Source of the DNA: Kofleriaceae bacterium
GTDB lineage: Bacteria; Myxococcota_A; Polyangia; Haliangiales; Haliangiaceae
Length of the DNA stretch: 64,000 bases
Assembly (NCBI GenBank): GCA_965215005.1
Contig: CBDCCZ010000014.1
Location: 160,001-224,000, forward strand
Reading direction: 5' to 3'
Shown here: piece after piece, positions 8,589 through 18,807 of the stretch
Layout of the letters: each line of letters opens with the position of its first letter
How positions within the stretch are numbered: the first letter of the stretch is position 1
The notes under the pieces: model-generated
What the model saw: the letters and a program-made list of their open reading frames with translations, nothing else
The model's database searches: none
What the model was told of the DNA's origin: nothing
Program-made: the position numbers and the translations under genes

Positions 8589-8909
8589 ATGAAACGCTTT
8601 GCTCTCACTCTCATGACCGTCGTTACGTTTGCCTTCGCGGGCGCTGGCTGCAAGAAGGACGAGGCCCCCGCCGACGAGGCGCCCGCCGCCACCAAGACCA
8701 CCGAGCTCGAGGCTCTCGAAGCTGACCAGGCTGCTCAAGAAGCTGCCCGCGCTGCTGAGCAGGCCGCCCAAGAGGCCGCTGCTGCTGCCGAAGCCGCTGA
8801 TATGGCCGGCGAAGGCGATGGCGTCGAGCAGGCCGCCGACGGTGCCGAGGAAGCCGCAGAAGGCGCCGAGGAGGCCGCGGAAGGCGCTCTCGAAGCTGCC
8901 GACGAATAA
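8589..8909 (+). CDS. Small acidic Ala/Glu-rich lipoprotein
   Basis: GGAGG SD, signal MKRFALTLMTVVTFAFAGAG-C lipobox, low-complexity AEEAAEG repeats. Confidence 0.8.
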   Translation: MKRFALTLMTVVTFAFAGAGCKKDEAPADEAPAATKTTELEALEADQAAQEAARAAEQAAQEAAAAAEAADMAGEGDGVEQAADGAEEAAEGAEEAAEGALEAADE

Positions 8910-8935
8910 GTCGACGGTCCTTTAAAGCTAAAGAC

Positions 8936-8970
8936 GGAAAGGGCTTCCAGCTGGGAGCCCTTTTTCGTTT
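8936..8970 (+). terminator. Intrinsic terminator (possibly bidirectional)
   Basis: AAAGGGCTTCC-AGCT-GGGAGCCCTTTTT hairpin plus T-tract, between convergent genes. Confidence 0.85.
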
Positions 8971-8975
8971 GGGGT

Positions 8976-10043
8976 TCACGGCCGCAATGCCGCGAGCGCA
9001 CGCAAGAAGTTATCGCCAAGGATTTTCTCGATGCGGGTCGTGCTCCAGCGGCGGTCGAGCATGACTTGCACCAGGCGCGCATAGCTATCGCCCGACCGCA
9101 GATCGCGCGGCGGAAGGATGGCGCCATCGTAGTCACTGCCGATGCTCACGAAGTCCTCGCCGACCACCTCGATGATGTGCTGCATGTGGTCGACGATCAT
9201 CGACGCGTCACGCGGGCCGCGGCGGCGCAGAAATGGCGCGTGAAACATCACGCCAATGACGCCGCCGCGCTCCGCGATGGCGCGGATTTGCTCGTCGTCG
9301 AGATTGCGCCAATGCGGCGTTACGCCTTCGACGCCGGTGTGTGTTACCAGCGCCGGCTGCGTCTTATCGTGCACCGCCAACGCCTGCCAGAAGCCTTGTT
9401 TCGAAATATGTGCCAAATCAACGAACACGCGGTGGCGATTGAGCCGCGCAATCAGCTCTGCACCATGGGCGCTGAGCCCGCGCTGACGGCTAGCTTGCCA
9501 CGGCTGCGACGACTGCCCGACCAGCGAATTGGTCAAGTGCACCAACGTCACCCGGAGGAGTGCAGGGTCGGGTAAAAACGCTCCTTCCGTGGCGGCATCT
9601 AGCGCATTGCCACCCTGAATCGCCAACATCACGGCGTGGGCACCGCGGGCACGGGCGGCGCGATACTCGCCAAGAGAGCCCACGACCGAGGTCTTCTCAC
9701 CGGCCGCCGCCAGCGCTACGCGCAGACGCCCGAAGTTTTTGCGCACCGCTCGCCAGCGTCCCCGCCGCGATCGCGCCGGATTGGTCGTTACCGACCACAT
9801 CGCTCCACCAAGCCCCGCCGCCTCGATACGCGGCAGGTCCAGATGCCCCGCCAGGCGGCCACGCAGCAGCCCCGGTCCGTGCGCGCGATGGATGTCGTAT
9901 CCCCAAAGCCGCATCGGAATGAACGTGTCGATGTGCAGATCGAGCGAGTTGCACTGCCGCACCGCCGCCGCCGCCTCGCGCGACACCCCGAGGCGCTGCG
10001 CCAGCGCATCGTCGACGGGCGTTTCGCAGTGGTTCTCTGCCAT
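8976..10043 (-). CDS. Membrane dipeptidase (peptidase M19, amidohydrolase fold)
   Basis: DLHID, VDLAH.S, VTH, RNLDD.Q and IGSDYDG motifs. Confidence 0.88.
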   Translation of the reverse strand: MAENHCETPVDDALAQRLGVSREAAAAVRQCNSLDLHIDTFIPMRLWGYDIHRAHGPGLLRGRLAGHLDLPRIEAAGLGGAMWSVTTNPARSRRGRWRAVRKNFGRLRVALAAAGEKTSVVGSLGEYRAARARGAHAVMLAIQGGNALDAATEGAFLPDPALLRVTLVHLTNSLVGQSSQPWQASRQRGLSAHGAELIARLNRHRVFVDLAHISKQGFWQALAVHDKTQPALVTHTGVEGVTPHWRNLDDEQIRAIAERGGVIGVMFHAPFLRRRGPRDASMIVDHMQHIIEVVGEDFVSIGSDYDGAILPPRDLRSGDSYARLVQVMLDRRWSTTRIEKILGDNFLRALAALRP

Positions 10044-10168
10044 TGGCACGCCACCATAGCACTCCCCACAGACCCTGCCGAGACGCTTCCCTGCGCAGTC
10101 AGGCCAAGAAACTGACCTCGGTTACCGCGGCGCCGCGATGCCTCGCGGGTATCATCCCGATCGTGTCG

Positions 10169-12064
10169 ATGCCGGCTGAGAAGCTCTCTGGTTTGCGCGC
10201 TACGTGGGAGGAGCTCAATCGTCACGCGGTCGAATTGCCGAGCAGCGCCGCACTGTGGCAACAGCTCATCGACCAGCACCACGTGGCTACCGCGCGCGCC
10301 GTGGTTCACTTCTTGGAAGCGACCCACGCGTGCGTGCCTTGGGCAGACACCGGCTGGCATCCGTTCTTCGACCCACTGCTCGCCCGTAGCGACCTTCTGG
10401 CTCATCTCGGCGAGGCCGACGAGCCGGTGCGCTCAGCTCTCGCCCACGGGTTGACGCTCGTCGGCAAGCTCGCCGCCGCCGCGCTGCCCGAGACGCTACT
10501 CGAGCGCGTGGTCGAGGGCTTCGTCGCTAGCGGCGGCTTCGATCGCCGCGAGTTCGCACGGCAGCGCGAGCTGTGGCCGAGTGGGCAGTGGGAACACGCC
10601 CTCGCCGCGCAGCTCGTCGAGCTTGGCCCGATCCACGACGAGCTCGCCGCGGCTCTCGCCCCGCACGCGACTCCGCGACAGCGCGTGCGCATCGCTTTGA
10701 TGAGTGACGACAGCGCGTTGCCGCAGCTGATCGCACTGGCCCGGCAGGCAGCGGCTCCACTGCTGGCCGTAGCCGACGATCTGTTGACTGCGAGCAACCC
10801 GCCGATGCGCCCGTGTCTGCTGCTATGGCTGGCGCTATGTCGCACCGCGCGCCATGCAGAGCGCTACGACGGCTATGACCGGCTGCTGTTGCCAGCGCTC
10901 GCCGCCGCGGGAGCCGAGGAGCCGCCGCTCTTGCGCGAGGCGCTCGGCCACCTCTCTGCCGCGCGTCGCGAGGTCTTACTATTGACCACGCCCCTGCCGT
11001 GGACGGTGCTGGATGCCTGCGCAACTGCCGCCGTGATCAGCCGCGCCGTAGATGTCGCGCTCGAGACACGAGCGCGCAGCGAAGGCACGACCGTGGCCAT
11101 GCGCCGTGCACTGTGCCGACTCGGAGCACCGGCGCTCGCACAGCTGGAAGTGCGCGCCGAGCAAGCGGCGCCAACGGGCGCGCCAGCCTTGGCCGCCGTG
11201 GTCGCGGCGCGTCTGCGCCGACCGCCGCCATCGCAGACAGTGGGGGATGCTTGGAGCCCGTTGCCGGTGACGCTGCGACGCCCCCTCCTCGAGGCCTGGG
11301 AGCAGGTCGAAGAGGATCCGGATGCTGTGCTGCCGCGCGCCGCCGTCGGCGCGGTGCTCGAGGCCCTCGGGCCGCTGCCACGCCTTCTCGACCCTCTCGA
11401 AATCGACGCGGTGGCGGTTCACCGGCCCGAGCTCGCCGCGCTCCTGGCGCAACGCGGCGGCAATCTGGTTGCACCGGCACGCACTCAGCTGGTCGCGCCG
11501 CACGAGCGCGCCGCAGACCGACTCCAGCGTCTCCTGGAGCTCGATGCGCCGCCTATGGTGTGCCTGCGGCAATCGCGGCTCGTGAGCCAGCTGCGCGAGC
11601 AACCGTTTACGCCCGAGGTGGAGGCGGTTGCGCATCTGCCGTCTGCCGCCGCGCAGTGGCCGGGGCTAACGAGACGCGTCGCACTTGCAACCAGCGTCGT
11701 ACGCCGCGCGCTGCCCCTGTGGCAGGCGCGTCTTCCCAGGGACGAACGCTGCGCTGCCGTTCTACAAGAGCTGGCGCATGGCAGCGGAACCTCCGCGGCA
11801 GCGGCGTTAGACTCGCTTCGCGCCGACCTTGCCAGCGACGCTCTCGATGACAGCCGCACCGACCTCGCGCGCGCCGTACTCGCTCTCTGGCAGCTGGCCA
11901 CCCACGGATCCGTCGCCACCGACGAGCCCGTAGAGCTGCTCATCGCGAGCGTTTGGCAACGCGAGGCGAGTTGGGCGGGCAATGAGCCAACAGCGCGAGC
12001 ACGTGAGTTTTGGCAATGGTGGCTTTTAGAAGCGGTGCCGGCGGCGTGGCGCTGCGTGGTCTGA
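10169..12064 (+). CDS. Large helical protein with a C-terminal Imm5-like immunity domain
   Basis: C-terminus VRRALPLWQARLPRD...AREFWQWWLLEAVPAAW resembles the Imm5 family. The N-terminal ~360 aa were not recognised. Confidence 0.6.
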   Translation: MPAEKLSGLRATWEELNRHAVELPSSAALWQQLIDQHHVATARAVVHFLEATHACVPWADTGWHPFFDPLLARSDLLAHLGEADEPVRSALAHGLTLVGKLAAAALPETLLERVVEGFVASGGFDRREFARQRELWPSGQWEHALAAQLVELGPIHDELAAALAPHATPRQRVRIALMSDDSALPQLIALARQAAAPLLAVADDLLTASNPPMRPCLLLWLALCRTARHAERYDGYDRLLLPALAAAGAEEPPLLREALGHLSAARREVLLLTTPLPWTVLDACATAAVISRAVDVALETRARSEGTTVAMRRALCRLGAPALAQLEVRAEQAAPTGAPALAAVVAARLRRPPPSQTVGDAWSPLPVTLRRPLLEAWEQVEEDPDAVLPRAAVGAVLEALGPLPRLLDPLEIDAVAVHRPELAALLAQRGGNLVAPARTQLVAPHERAADRLQRLLELDAPPMVCLRQSRLVSQLREQPFTPEVEAVAHLPSAAAQWPGLTRRVALATSVVRRALPLWQARLPRDERCAAVLQELAHGSGTSAAAALDSLRADLASDALDDSRTDLARAVLALWQLATHGSVATDEPVELLIASVWQREASWAGNEPTARAREFWQWWLLEAVPAAWRCVV

Positions 12065-12081
12065 GCTGCTCAGCAAGCGGT

Positions 12082-12237
12082 TCAAATGCCGCCAAAGAGG
12101 ACGTAGAAGAGCAGCACGGCGGCAAGTGCGAGCACGGCGGTAGGAACGCCCGCGGCATCGCTAGACGGCGGCTGATGCCGCGCATGCAGGACTTTCCAGC
12201 TAAACGTAGCGGCCGCGTAGGACTGTGAGTGCCTCAT
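12082..12237 (-). CDS. Putative 51-aa membrane protein
   Basis: Manual translation MRHSQSYAAATFSWKVLHARHQPPSSDAAGVPTAVLALAAVLLFYVLFGGI; C-terminal hydrophobic helix; follows the PilZ gene. Confidence 0.35.
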   Translation of the reverse strand: MRHSQSYAAATFSWKVLHARHQPPSSDAAGVPTAVLALAAVLLFYVLFGGI

Positions 12238-12296
12238 GTCTCGTACCAACGCGTGCCGCAGCGCCGCGATCTATCGCGGCCGCGACGGCTCCGCCT

Positions 12297-12710
12297 TCAC
12301 CGAGCGCCCGAGGTGAGGCGTTCGCTGTTGCTACTGCGCGCGCGCAGCACCTCCGTGAGCCAGCGACCGTAGCGCTCGCGGGTGGGGCTCGGCGCGCGGT
12401 CGAGTAGCAACTGCACACCGACGTCTAGCTTGTCACCGGCGCCGGGGCGATACCACGCGATGCGGCCAGGCAGCTCAAACTGCCCCGCATCGACCTCCAG
12501 ACGCAACACCACCTCGGCGCCGGCGGTGAGCATCAACCCCTCGCCACCGACGATTCCCATCCCGGCACCGTCTCGCGATAGCGAGCACAGGTTGACCGGC
12601 AAGGTGACGTTCTTCGCCGGCACCTCGATGTCGGCGCTGGCGATGCGCACGTCCATCTCGGCGGGGCGTTCGTACGGAATACGTGGCGATTCTCGGTCCT
12701 CTTGATCCAT
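12297..12710 (-). CDS. Stand-alone PilZ-domain protein
   Basis: RxxxR (RESPR), an SLSRDG variant of (D/N)xSxxG, and GRIAW...VGVQL; GAGGA SD. Confidence 0.78.
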   Translation of the reverse strand: MDQEDRESPRIPYERPAEMDVRIASADIEVPAKNVTLPVNLCSLSRDGAGMGIVGGEGLMLTAGAEVVLRLEVDAGQFELPGRIAWYRPGAGDKLDVGVQLLLDRAPSPTRERYGRWLTEVLRARSSNSERLTSGAR

Positions 12711-12845
12711 TCGTCCTCAATCAACAGCGCACCTGCGCCAAGCCCCATGGTAGTACGCCCAGCCGGCGGTACCACGCGCTTGTAACACGTGGCATAGCTC
12801 ACAAATCCGCTGCGAGCGAACCCGGTGCGCGCCCCGCACCCATGT

Positions 12846-13517
12846 ATGCTCCTGCCCGTGGCCCTCTACGTCGCAATCTTGTCGCTGCTACTCCTCGCGG
12901 TCGGCCCGCTGGTCGCGTTTCTCGAGCTCGTGCCCCCGGTCATTGGTCTGGCGCTCTTTGCCGCGGGCTCGCTGGCGGGGCTGGTCGCGCTCGTCGCCGG
13001 GCTCGTGGCAGTGGTCCGCGGGCGCCGCCGCTACGGGCTCGTCGCTGCCGCCGTGGGAGCACCGGCGCTACTCATCGGGGTGGCGTTTGTCGCCAGCGGC
13101 GCGCGCCATCCGCGCCTCAACGACGTCACCAGCGACGTGAGTGATCCCCCTGAGCTTGCCACCCAGGAGCCATATCCCAGCGATTTTGCGCCCGTCGCCA
13201 GCGCCGCGTACGGCGACGTGCAGACCCTTACGCTAGCGATGCCGGCGGAGACGGCGTTCGCGCGAGCGGTCTCGGTGGCCCGCAAGCAGCCCGGCTGGAC
13301 CGTGGAGCGTGTCGACGACGATGCGCATCGGCTGTGGGGCGTGGCGGTGAGCCCGCTGTTCAAGTTTCGCGATGATTTCGTGATTCGCGTGCGAGCCGCC
13401 GCAGACGGCACCGCGCTCGTCGATATGCGCTCGCGCTCGCGCGCCGGCAAGAGCGACTTTGGCGCCAACGCAGCGCGCATTCGGCAGTTCTTTGCCGCGC
13501 TCGCCAGCGGGACCTGA
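12846..13517 (+). CDS. DUF1499 membrane protein
   Basis: Three N-terminal TMs, NDVTSD..DPP, and F.FRDD..IRV...VDMRSRSR.G.SD.G.N..RI. Confidence 0.88.
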   Translation: MLLPVALYVAILSLLLLAVGPLVAFLELVPPVIGLALFAAGSLAGLVALVAGLVAVVRGRRRYGLVAAAVGAPALLIGVAFVASGARHPRLNDVTSDVSDPPELATQEPYPSDFAPVASAAYGDVQTLTLAMPAETAFARAVSVARKQPGWTVERVDDDAHRLWGVAVSPLFKFRDDFVIRVRAAADGTALVDMRSRSRAGKSDFGANAARIRQFFAALASGT

Positions 13518-13525
13518 AAGCGCAG

Positions 13526-14113
13526 CTACCGCGGGTTCTTGGAGAAGTGATGATAGTCGCGGGTGTCGAGCCAGTCGCCGCCCCACGACCAGCCGATCGC
13601 GTCAAAGGCGTTGGTCACCGGTCCGGGACGAACGATCATGCCCGGGCGGCCGTGGGTGCGATCGAGATACGCTCGTCCGGCTGCGGGCTCGACGCGGTGC
13701 TCACGGACCCACGGGTTCTGCACTGGGTTGAGATCCACCGCCAAACCGCCGGCATGTTGCGACAGCCGCCGAGTGCCTGCGATGAGCCGAAAGTTGAACG
13801 CCGAGCTGTTGTTGGCCGCCATCGACAGCTCGTCATCGCCGCCAAACGCATCGATGGGCTGCACCGACTCGAGCGGAAAGCCGGCGACGTGGAGCCGGTC
13901 AAACACCCACGCTAGCTCGTCTGCGACCGAAGCGTGCACGATGAGACAGCCGCGACGCGCGCGCCCGGCAAAGTCCCAGTGCGTGACATGCAGGACTCGC
14001 AGCTCGGCAAACGCGGGGCACTGCGGGTGCTCGTGCCACGACCGCGAGCGCATGGCCGCTGCCCGTGCCGCGTCGAGATGCTCGATCGAAGCGGGAGCCG
14101 CCGCGACGCTCAC
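13526..14113 (-). CDS. M15 family D,D-carboxypeptidase
   Basis: [21 protein letters not shown] and WGGDW...DYHHF motifs. Confidence 0.88.
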   Translation of the reverse strand: MSVAAAPASIEHLDAARAAAMRSRSWHEHPQCPAFAELRVLHVTHWDFAGRARRGCLIVHASVADELAWVFDRLHVAGFPLESVQPIDAFGGDDELSMAANNSSAFNFRLIAGTRRLSQHAGGLAVDLNPVQNPWVREHRVEPAAGRAYLDRTHGRPGMIVRPGPVTNAFDAIGWSWGGDWLDTRDYHHFSKNPR

Positions 14114-14772
14114 ACGAGCATTCCCTGACCCATCTTCTTGATGCGCTCGACGTCATCGGTATCGCGAAGCGGCACCGCGCGCCCACGCTGCACCGCCGGG
14201 CGCGCCGCTACCTCGGCAAGCCAGCGCTGCAGGTGTTGCAGACCCTCGATCGACACGCCCGACCACGCATGCGTGTGCACCCAAGACCACGTGGCGATGT
14301 CGGCGATCGAGTAATCACCCGCCAAGAACGCCGCCGTTGCCAGCTGGCCATCGAGCACCTCGAACAGGCGCCGCGATTCGCGCTGATACCGATCGATGGC
14401 GTAGGGGATCTGCTCGGGCGCGTACCGATAGAAGATGTTGGCCTGGCCCATCATCGGGCCGATGCCGCTCATTTGAAACATGAGCCACTGGACCACCCGC
14501 GAGCGCTCCTTGCGCGCCGTCGGCAGCAGGCGCCCAGCCTTCTCCGCCAGGTACATGAGAATCGCGCCGGATTCGAAGACCGCGAAGTCGTCTTCGTCGC
14601 GGTCTACGATCGCCGGAATGCGGCCGTTGGGATTGATGAGCAAAAATGCCGGCTGCTTTTGCTCCTGTTCGCCAAGACTGAGCGCGTGGAGCTGATAGGG
14701 CAGCCCCAGCTCTTCCAGAGCAATCGAAACCTTCCAGCCGTTGGGAGTGGGTGCCGTGTAGAGCTCGATCAA
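14110..14772 (-). CDS. Glutathione S-transferase (YfcG/YghU-like)
   Basis: [23 protein letters not shown] and YSIADIA motifs. Confidence 0.93.
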   Translation of the reverse strand: MIELYTAPTPNGWKVSIALEELGLPYQLHALSLGEQEQKQPAFLLINPNGRIPAIVDRDEDDFAVFESGAILMYLAEKAGRLLPTARKERSRVVQWLMFQMSGIGPMMGQANIFYRYAPEQIPYAIDRYQRESRRLFEVLDGQLATAAFLAGDYSIADIATWSWVHTHAWSGVSIEGLQHLQRWLAEVAARPAVQRGRAVPLRDTDDVERIKKMGQGMLV

Positions 14773-14873
14773 GGGTTCCTTTCGCGGTCACACCACCGCT
14801 GGCGCCTGAGTGCTTTACGAACGCTACTCGGCGACCGCGTTCAGAGCCGCCGTTGAGCGCGCAATTGGGAAGG

Positions 14874-15890
14874 TTATGGCGTGGCGGACTCGTCCTCAAG
14901 GCGGGTCGAAAGCCACGCGTGCACGCGCGGCGCGGTCTGCTCGAGATAATCACCGCCAAGCCGCGGCGGCACCTCAGAAAGCACGTGTGCCGCCATTTCC
15001 ACATCGCCCTGGCGCTCGAACACCCACGCTAGCAGGGCCAAGGTGAGGCCAAACCGGTTGGTGCGCAGCGCCGCCTTGGACCACTCGTAGAGCTCTTCGA
15101 TCATCGGCAGGCGCTCGGTGGAGTCCGAATAGAACGCGATGAGCAAGTCGGTGAGGATGCGTTCCATGAAGAAGTAATCTCCCGAGGGCGCCTCATCCAG
15201 GCGCGGGCGAGCCGCCAGCGTTTCCTCGAGTTGCCCCATCACCGCCCACAGCTGAGCGCGGTCGAACGCGCAGATCCAGTACATGCCTTCGCGTTCGAAG
15301 TGTTTGCTCGTCTCCTGCGCGGCAATCGCGCGAGCGTAGCGCTCTTGCGCCGCTTCGAAGCGCCCGTCTTGCCAGAGCAGCTTGCCCATCAAGTAGTCGA
15401 TGGTGGGCTGGTAATGCGCCGGTGGTCGCTTGCTCTCGAGCGCCTCGACCACCGCCCGCGCCTCATCGCGACGACCCGCCGAGGCCAGCGCCAAGGCACG
15501 CTTGATGGTCGGCCCGAAGCGGGCCTGCCAAGCGGTCGCACCGGTGAAGCCCAGCGCTGCCACCACGCCCACCGCCACCGAGCTCACGATCATTCCCGCG
15601 GCGGCGCCACCTAAGACGCCCATTCCGACGACGCTCCCCCAGCTCTTGAGCGTCGCCCAGCGCTGCGCCTTCGGCCCCAGCACCTCACCGCGACTCGACA
15701 ACATCATGACCTCGCCAGCTCGCATGTCCTCGAGCGAGGCGGCGAGCTTCCAGCGCGGTGCATCCGCGGGCATCAGCGCGGACTGTGGAACCTTGGAGTG
15801 AGGCAACGGTCGATCTTCCGTGGTATCGCGGGGCGCACGAGCCAATCCCCCAGCTCGGCGCAGACCATCATCGCCACGCTTGGCCTCCAA
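14874..15890 (-). CDS. Membrane-anchored TPR-like protein
   Basis: Two TM helices followed by TPR-like helical pairs (YLMGKLLWQDGRFEAA); start uncertain. Confidence 0.6.
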   Translation of the reverse strand: MEAKRGDDGLRRAGGLARAPRDTTEDRPLPHSKVPQSALMPADAPRWKLAASLEDMRAGEVMMLSSRGEVLGPKAQRWATLKSWGSVVGMGVLGGAAAGMIVSSVAVGVVAALGFTGATAWQARFGPTIKRALALASAGRRDEARAVVEALESKRPPAHYQPTIDYLMGKLLWQDGRFEAAQERYARAIAAQETSKHFEREGMYWICAFDRAQLWAVMGQLEETLAARPRLDEAPSGDYFFMERILTDLLIAFYSDSTERLPMIEELYEWSKAALRTNRFGLTLALLAWVFERQGDVEMAAHVLSEVPPRLGGDYLEQTAPRVHAWLSTRLEDESATP

Positions 15891-15966
15891 TGGAGCACCT
15901 GGCGGCTAACCAGCGCTAACTCCATGCGAGCGCGCTCGCTAGCACGAGACCTTTCTCGCGTCGCGG

Positions 15967-16380
15967 CTACATCCATCGGCGATGATCCGCGAGCGTGCAG
16001 CGATCTTGGATCACCTCGATTCCCGCCTCGGTGAGTGCCGCCGCGACCGCCTCATGGCGGATGCCGAGCTGCAGCCACACCACTTTCGGCAGCGGGTCCA
16101 TGGCGAGAAGCTCCTCCAGATGCGAGGGCAGAGCGGATGCCGCGCGAAACACATCGACCATGTCGACCGGCTCGTCGAGCTCGGTGAGCGAAGCCCGCAC
16201 CGGCTGCCCCCATAGCTCGTTGCCGACGAGCGTGGGGTTGACCGGCAGCACCCGATAGCCTTGCTCGTGCAAGTACGCCGGCACGTAACACGCCGGCCGC
16301 TGCGGATCGGAATGCGCACCGAGCACGGCGATGACCTTGCTGGAGCCGAGGATGCGGACGATGTCGCTGCGCTCTGACAT
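15967..16380 (-). CDS. CoA-binding protein (YccU-like)
   Basis: IAVLGA...RP...V..YL..QGY.V.PVNP, VDVFR, VWLQLGI and DRC motifs. Confidence 0.92.
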   Translation of the reverse strand: MSERSDIVRILGSSKVIAVLGAHSDPQRPACYVPAYLHEQGYRVLPVNPTLVGNELWGQPVRASLTELDEPVDMVDVFRAASALPSHLEELLAMDPLPKVVWLQLGIRHEAVAAALTEAGIEVIQDRCTLADHRRWM

Positions 16381-16437
16381 CCCGGCAATGTAGCGCGCTC
16401 AAGCCGCTGCTGCCGTCTCCTCGTGTAAGCTGCCGCG

Positions 16438-18702
16438 ATGGTCGAGAGCGACTCGTCTGAGCGCACCATCGGTCTCGTCGGCGCTACCGCGGTCGGCGTG
16501 GGCGCCATCGTCGGCGGCGGAATTTTGGCGTTGGCCGGCGTTGCGTACGCCAGCAGCGGCCCCAGTGCGATCATCGCGTTCGCTCTCAACGGCGCGGTTG
16601 CCTTCATCACCGCGATGAGCTTTGCCGAGGTCTCGAGCGCGTTTCCAGAGTCCGGCGGCCCCTACACCTTCGCCAAGAAAGTGTTGTCGGTGCGCTCGGC
16701 GTTTGCCGTGGGCTGGGTGCTGTGGTTTGCCTACATCGTCGCGGGGGTGCTCTACGCGCTCGGCTTCGCTTCCTTTGCGGTGTTGGCCGCCAAAAGTATC
16801 TGGATTGGGTTTGGCGCTGAGGTGCCGCTGTGGCTAACCAGCCGCCGCATGCTGCTGCTGCTGGCCTCTGGCGCGACTGCGACGTACGCGCTGGCGCTGA
16901 TTCGCAAATCCACCGGCGGAGGCCAGTGGGAAACTGCCGGCAAGGTGGTGGTGTTTGCGATCCTCATCGCGGTCGGCCTGTTTGCGCTCGCGCGCCAACC
17001 CATCGAGCAGACCCGCGCCGCGCTCGACCCGTTTATGCCTGGCGGCGCTGCGGGCGTGTTCTCTGCCATGGGGTTCACCTTTATTGCGCTGCAGGGGTTT
17101 GATTTGGTGAGCGCAGTGGCCGGCGAGGTCAAGCGACCCGCGCGCAACATTCCGCGCGCGATGTTCGTGTCGCTGTCGATCGCCATGGTCATCTACCTGC
17201 CGCTGCTGTTCATCGTCGCAACCGTAGGCGTCGCGCCCGGCGAGCGGATCGCGGCGCTGGCGCGCGCCGAGCCCGAGGCGGTCATCGCCATCGCAGCGCG
17301 CCGCTACATGGGCGACATCGGCTATTGGCTGGTGATCATCGCGGCCCTCTTATCAATGCTCTCGGCGCTGCAAGCCAATATTCTGGCTGCCTCGCGTGTG
17401 GCGCTGTCGATGGCGCGCGATCGCACCCTGCCGATCGTGCTCTCACGCCTCCACCCGCAGCGCGGCACCCCGGTCATGGCGGTCTATGCCACCGGCCTCA
17501 CGCTCGTGGCCATCGTCTTCATGATTCCCGATCTCGCTGCCGCCGGTGCCGCGGCCAGCTTGATTTTCCTAATCTCGTTTGCCCTCACGCACGTCAATAC
17601 ATACCTGGCGCGCGTCCGCGGCGGCATCGGCGCCGATGCCTACCACAGCCCTTGGTTTCCGCTGGTGCCGGTCGTCGGTGGACTGGCCTGCGCGGCGCTG
17701 GCGGTGTTTCAGGCGGTGGTGGTGCCGGATGCGGCCGGAATCGTGGTCATGTGGGTCGGCTTCGGCGTCATTTTATACTTCGCATTGTTTGCTCGCGCCG
17801 CGCGCACCACCGACGCTGCCGCCGAAGCGTTCGATCCCACGTTGGTGCGGCTGCGGGGACACAACCCACTGGTGCTCGTGCCCTTGGCCAATCCCGCGCG
17901 GGCCCAGGGAACGGTGCAGGTCGCCCATGCACTGGCGCCCCCGAGCGTGGGGCGGGTGCTGGTGCTGGCGATCGTGCGTGCCCGCGATGCCGAGGAGGCC
18001 GTCGCCCAGCTGCCGGTTGCGCAGGACGTGGTGCGTGCAGCGCTCGCCAGCTCCTACGCCGGCGGCGGGCAACCCGAAGCCCTCATCACCGCCTCCGCCG
18101 AGCCGCTCGAGGAAATCGCCCGCGTTGCCGACGAGCACGGCTGTGAATCGGTGCTACTCGGCCTCTCTGACGTCGCCGCCGAGGCCAGCGACCGCGAGCT
18201 CGAGGAGCTCATCAATGATCTCGGCCGCGACGTCGCGATCATGCGCGCGCCGCAGGGCTGGAATCTCGATGAGGCCAAGCGTATCTTGGTGCCTATCGGC
18301 GGGCGTGGCGGCCAAGATGAGCTGCGCGCGCGGTTTCTCGGCAGCCTGTGCCGCACCTCCCCCCGCGACGTGACGTTTCTGCGCATCGTCGCCGACGACG
18401 CCACGGAAGAAACCGTGATCGCGGCCCAGCGCGTCGCCGAGCGAATCGGCCAGCGTCAGCTCGCCGGCGCTACCGTGGTGGTGGTGCGCGCCGCCGATCC
18501 CGCCGAGGCCATCTTGCGCGCTGCCGAGGACGCGGACCTGGTGATCTTGGGACTGGCGCAGACCGGCATGCGTCGCTTCGGTCTCGGGGAACTATCGGTG
18601 CCGATCTCGTGGGAAGCACCTAGAACCGTGTTTGGCGCCTTGCCGCTGGCGGTGGCGCGCCGCGCCCGCTGCGCCACCGTGCTGCTCGGCAGTCGCCTAT
18701 AA
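16438..18702 (+). CDS. APC amino-acid permease fused to tandem universal-stress (USP) domains
   Basis: G.IVGGGI and AE.SSA.P.SGG.Y motifs, ~12 TMs, then VLVPLANP and ILVPIGG USP starts. Confidence 0.88.
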   Translation: MVESDSSERTIGLVGATAVGVGAIVGGGILALAGVAYASSGPSAIIAFALNGAVAFITAMSFAEVSSAFPESGGPYTFAKKVLSVRSAFAVGWVLWFAYIVAGVLYALGFASFAVLAAKSIWIGFGAEVPLWLTSRRMLLLLASGATATYALALIRKSTGGGQWETAGKVVVFAILIAVGLFALARQPIEQTRAALDPFMPGGAAGVFSAMGFTFIALQGFDLVSAVAGEVKRPARNIPRAMFVSLSIAMVIYLPLLFIVATVGVAPGERIAALARAEPEAVIAIAARRYMGDIGYWLVIIAALLSMLSALQANILAASRVALSMARDRTLPIVLSRLHPQRGTPVMAVYATGLTLVAIVFMIPDLAAAGAAASLIFLISFALTHVNTYLARVRGGIGADAYHSPWFPLVPVVGGLACAALAVFQAVVVPDAAGIVVMWVGFGVILYFALFARAARTTDAAAEAFDPTLVRLRGHNPLVLVPLANPARAQGTVQVAHALAPPSVGRVLVLAIVRARDAEEAVAQLPVAQDVVRAALASSYAGGGQPEALITASAEPLEEIARVADEHGCESVLLGLSDVAAEASDRELEELINDLGRDVAIMRAPQGWNLDEAKRILVPIGGRGGQDELRARFLGSLCRTSPRDVTFLRIVADDATEETVIAAQRVAERIGQRQLAGATVVVVRAADPAEAILRAAEDADLVILGLAQTGMRRFGLGELSVPISWEAPRTVFGALPLAVARRARCATVLLGSRL

Positions 18703-18807
18703 TCGCACGGGTCGCACGCGCGACGAATTGGCGACCGACCCCGCAGGTCGACCGCGAAGTCTGATACGTTTCGCGCGCGACAGAATCTCATTCCGAAGAG
18801 GCTGCAT

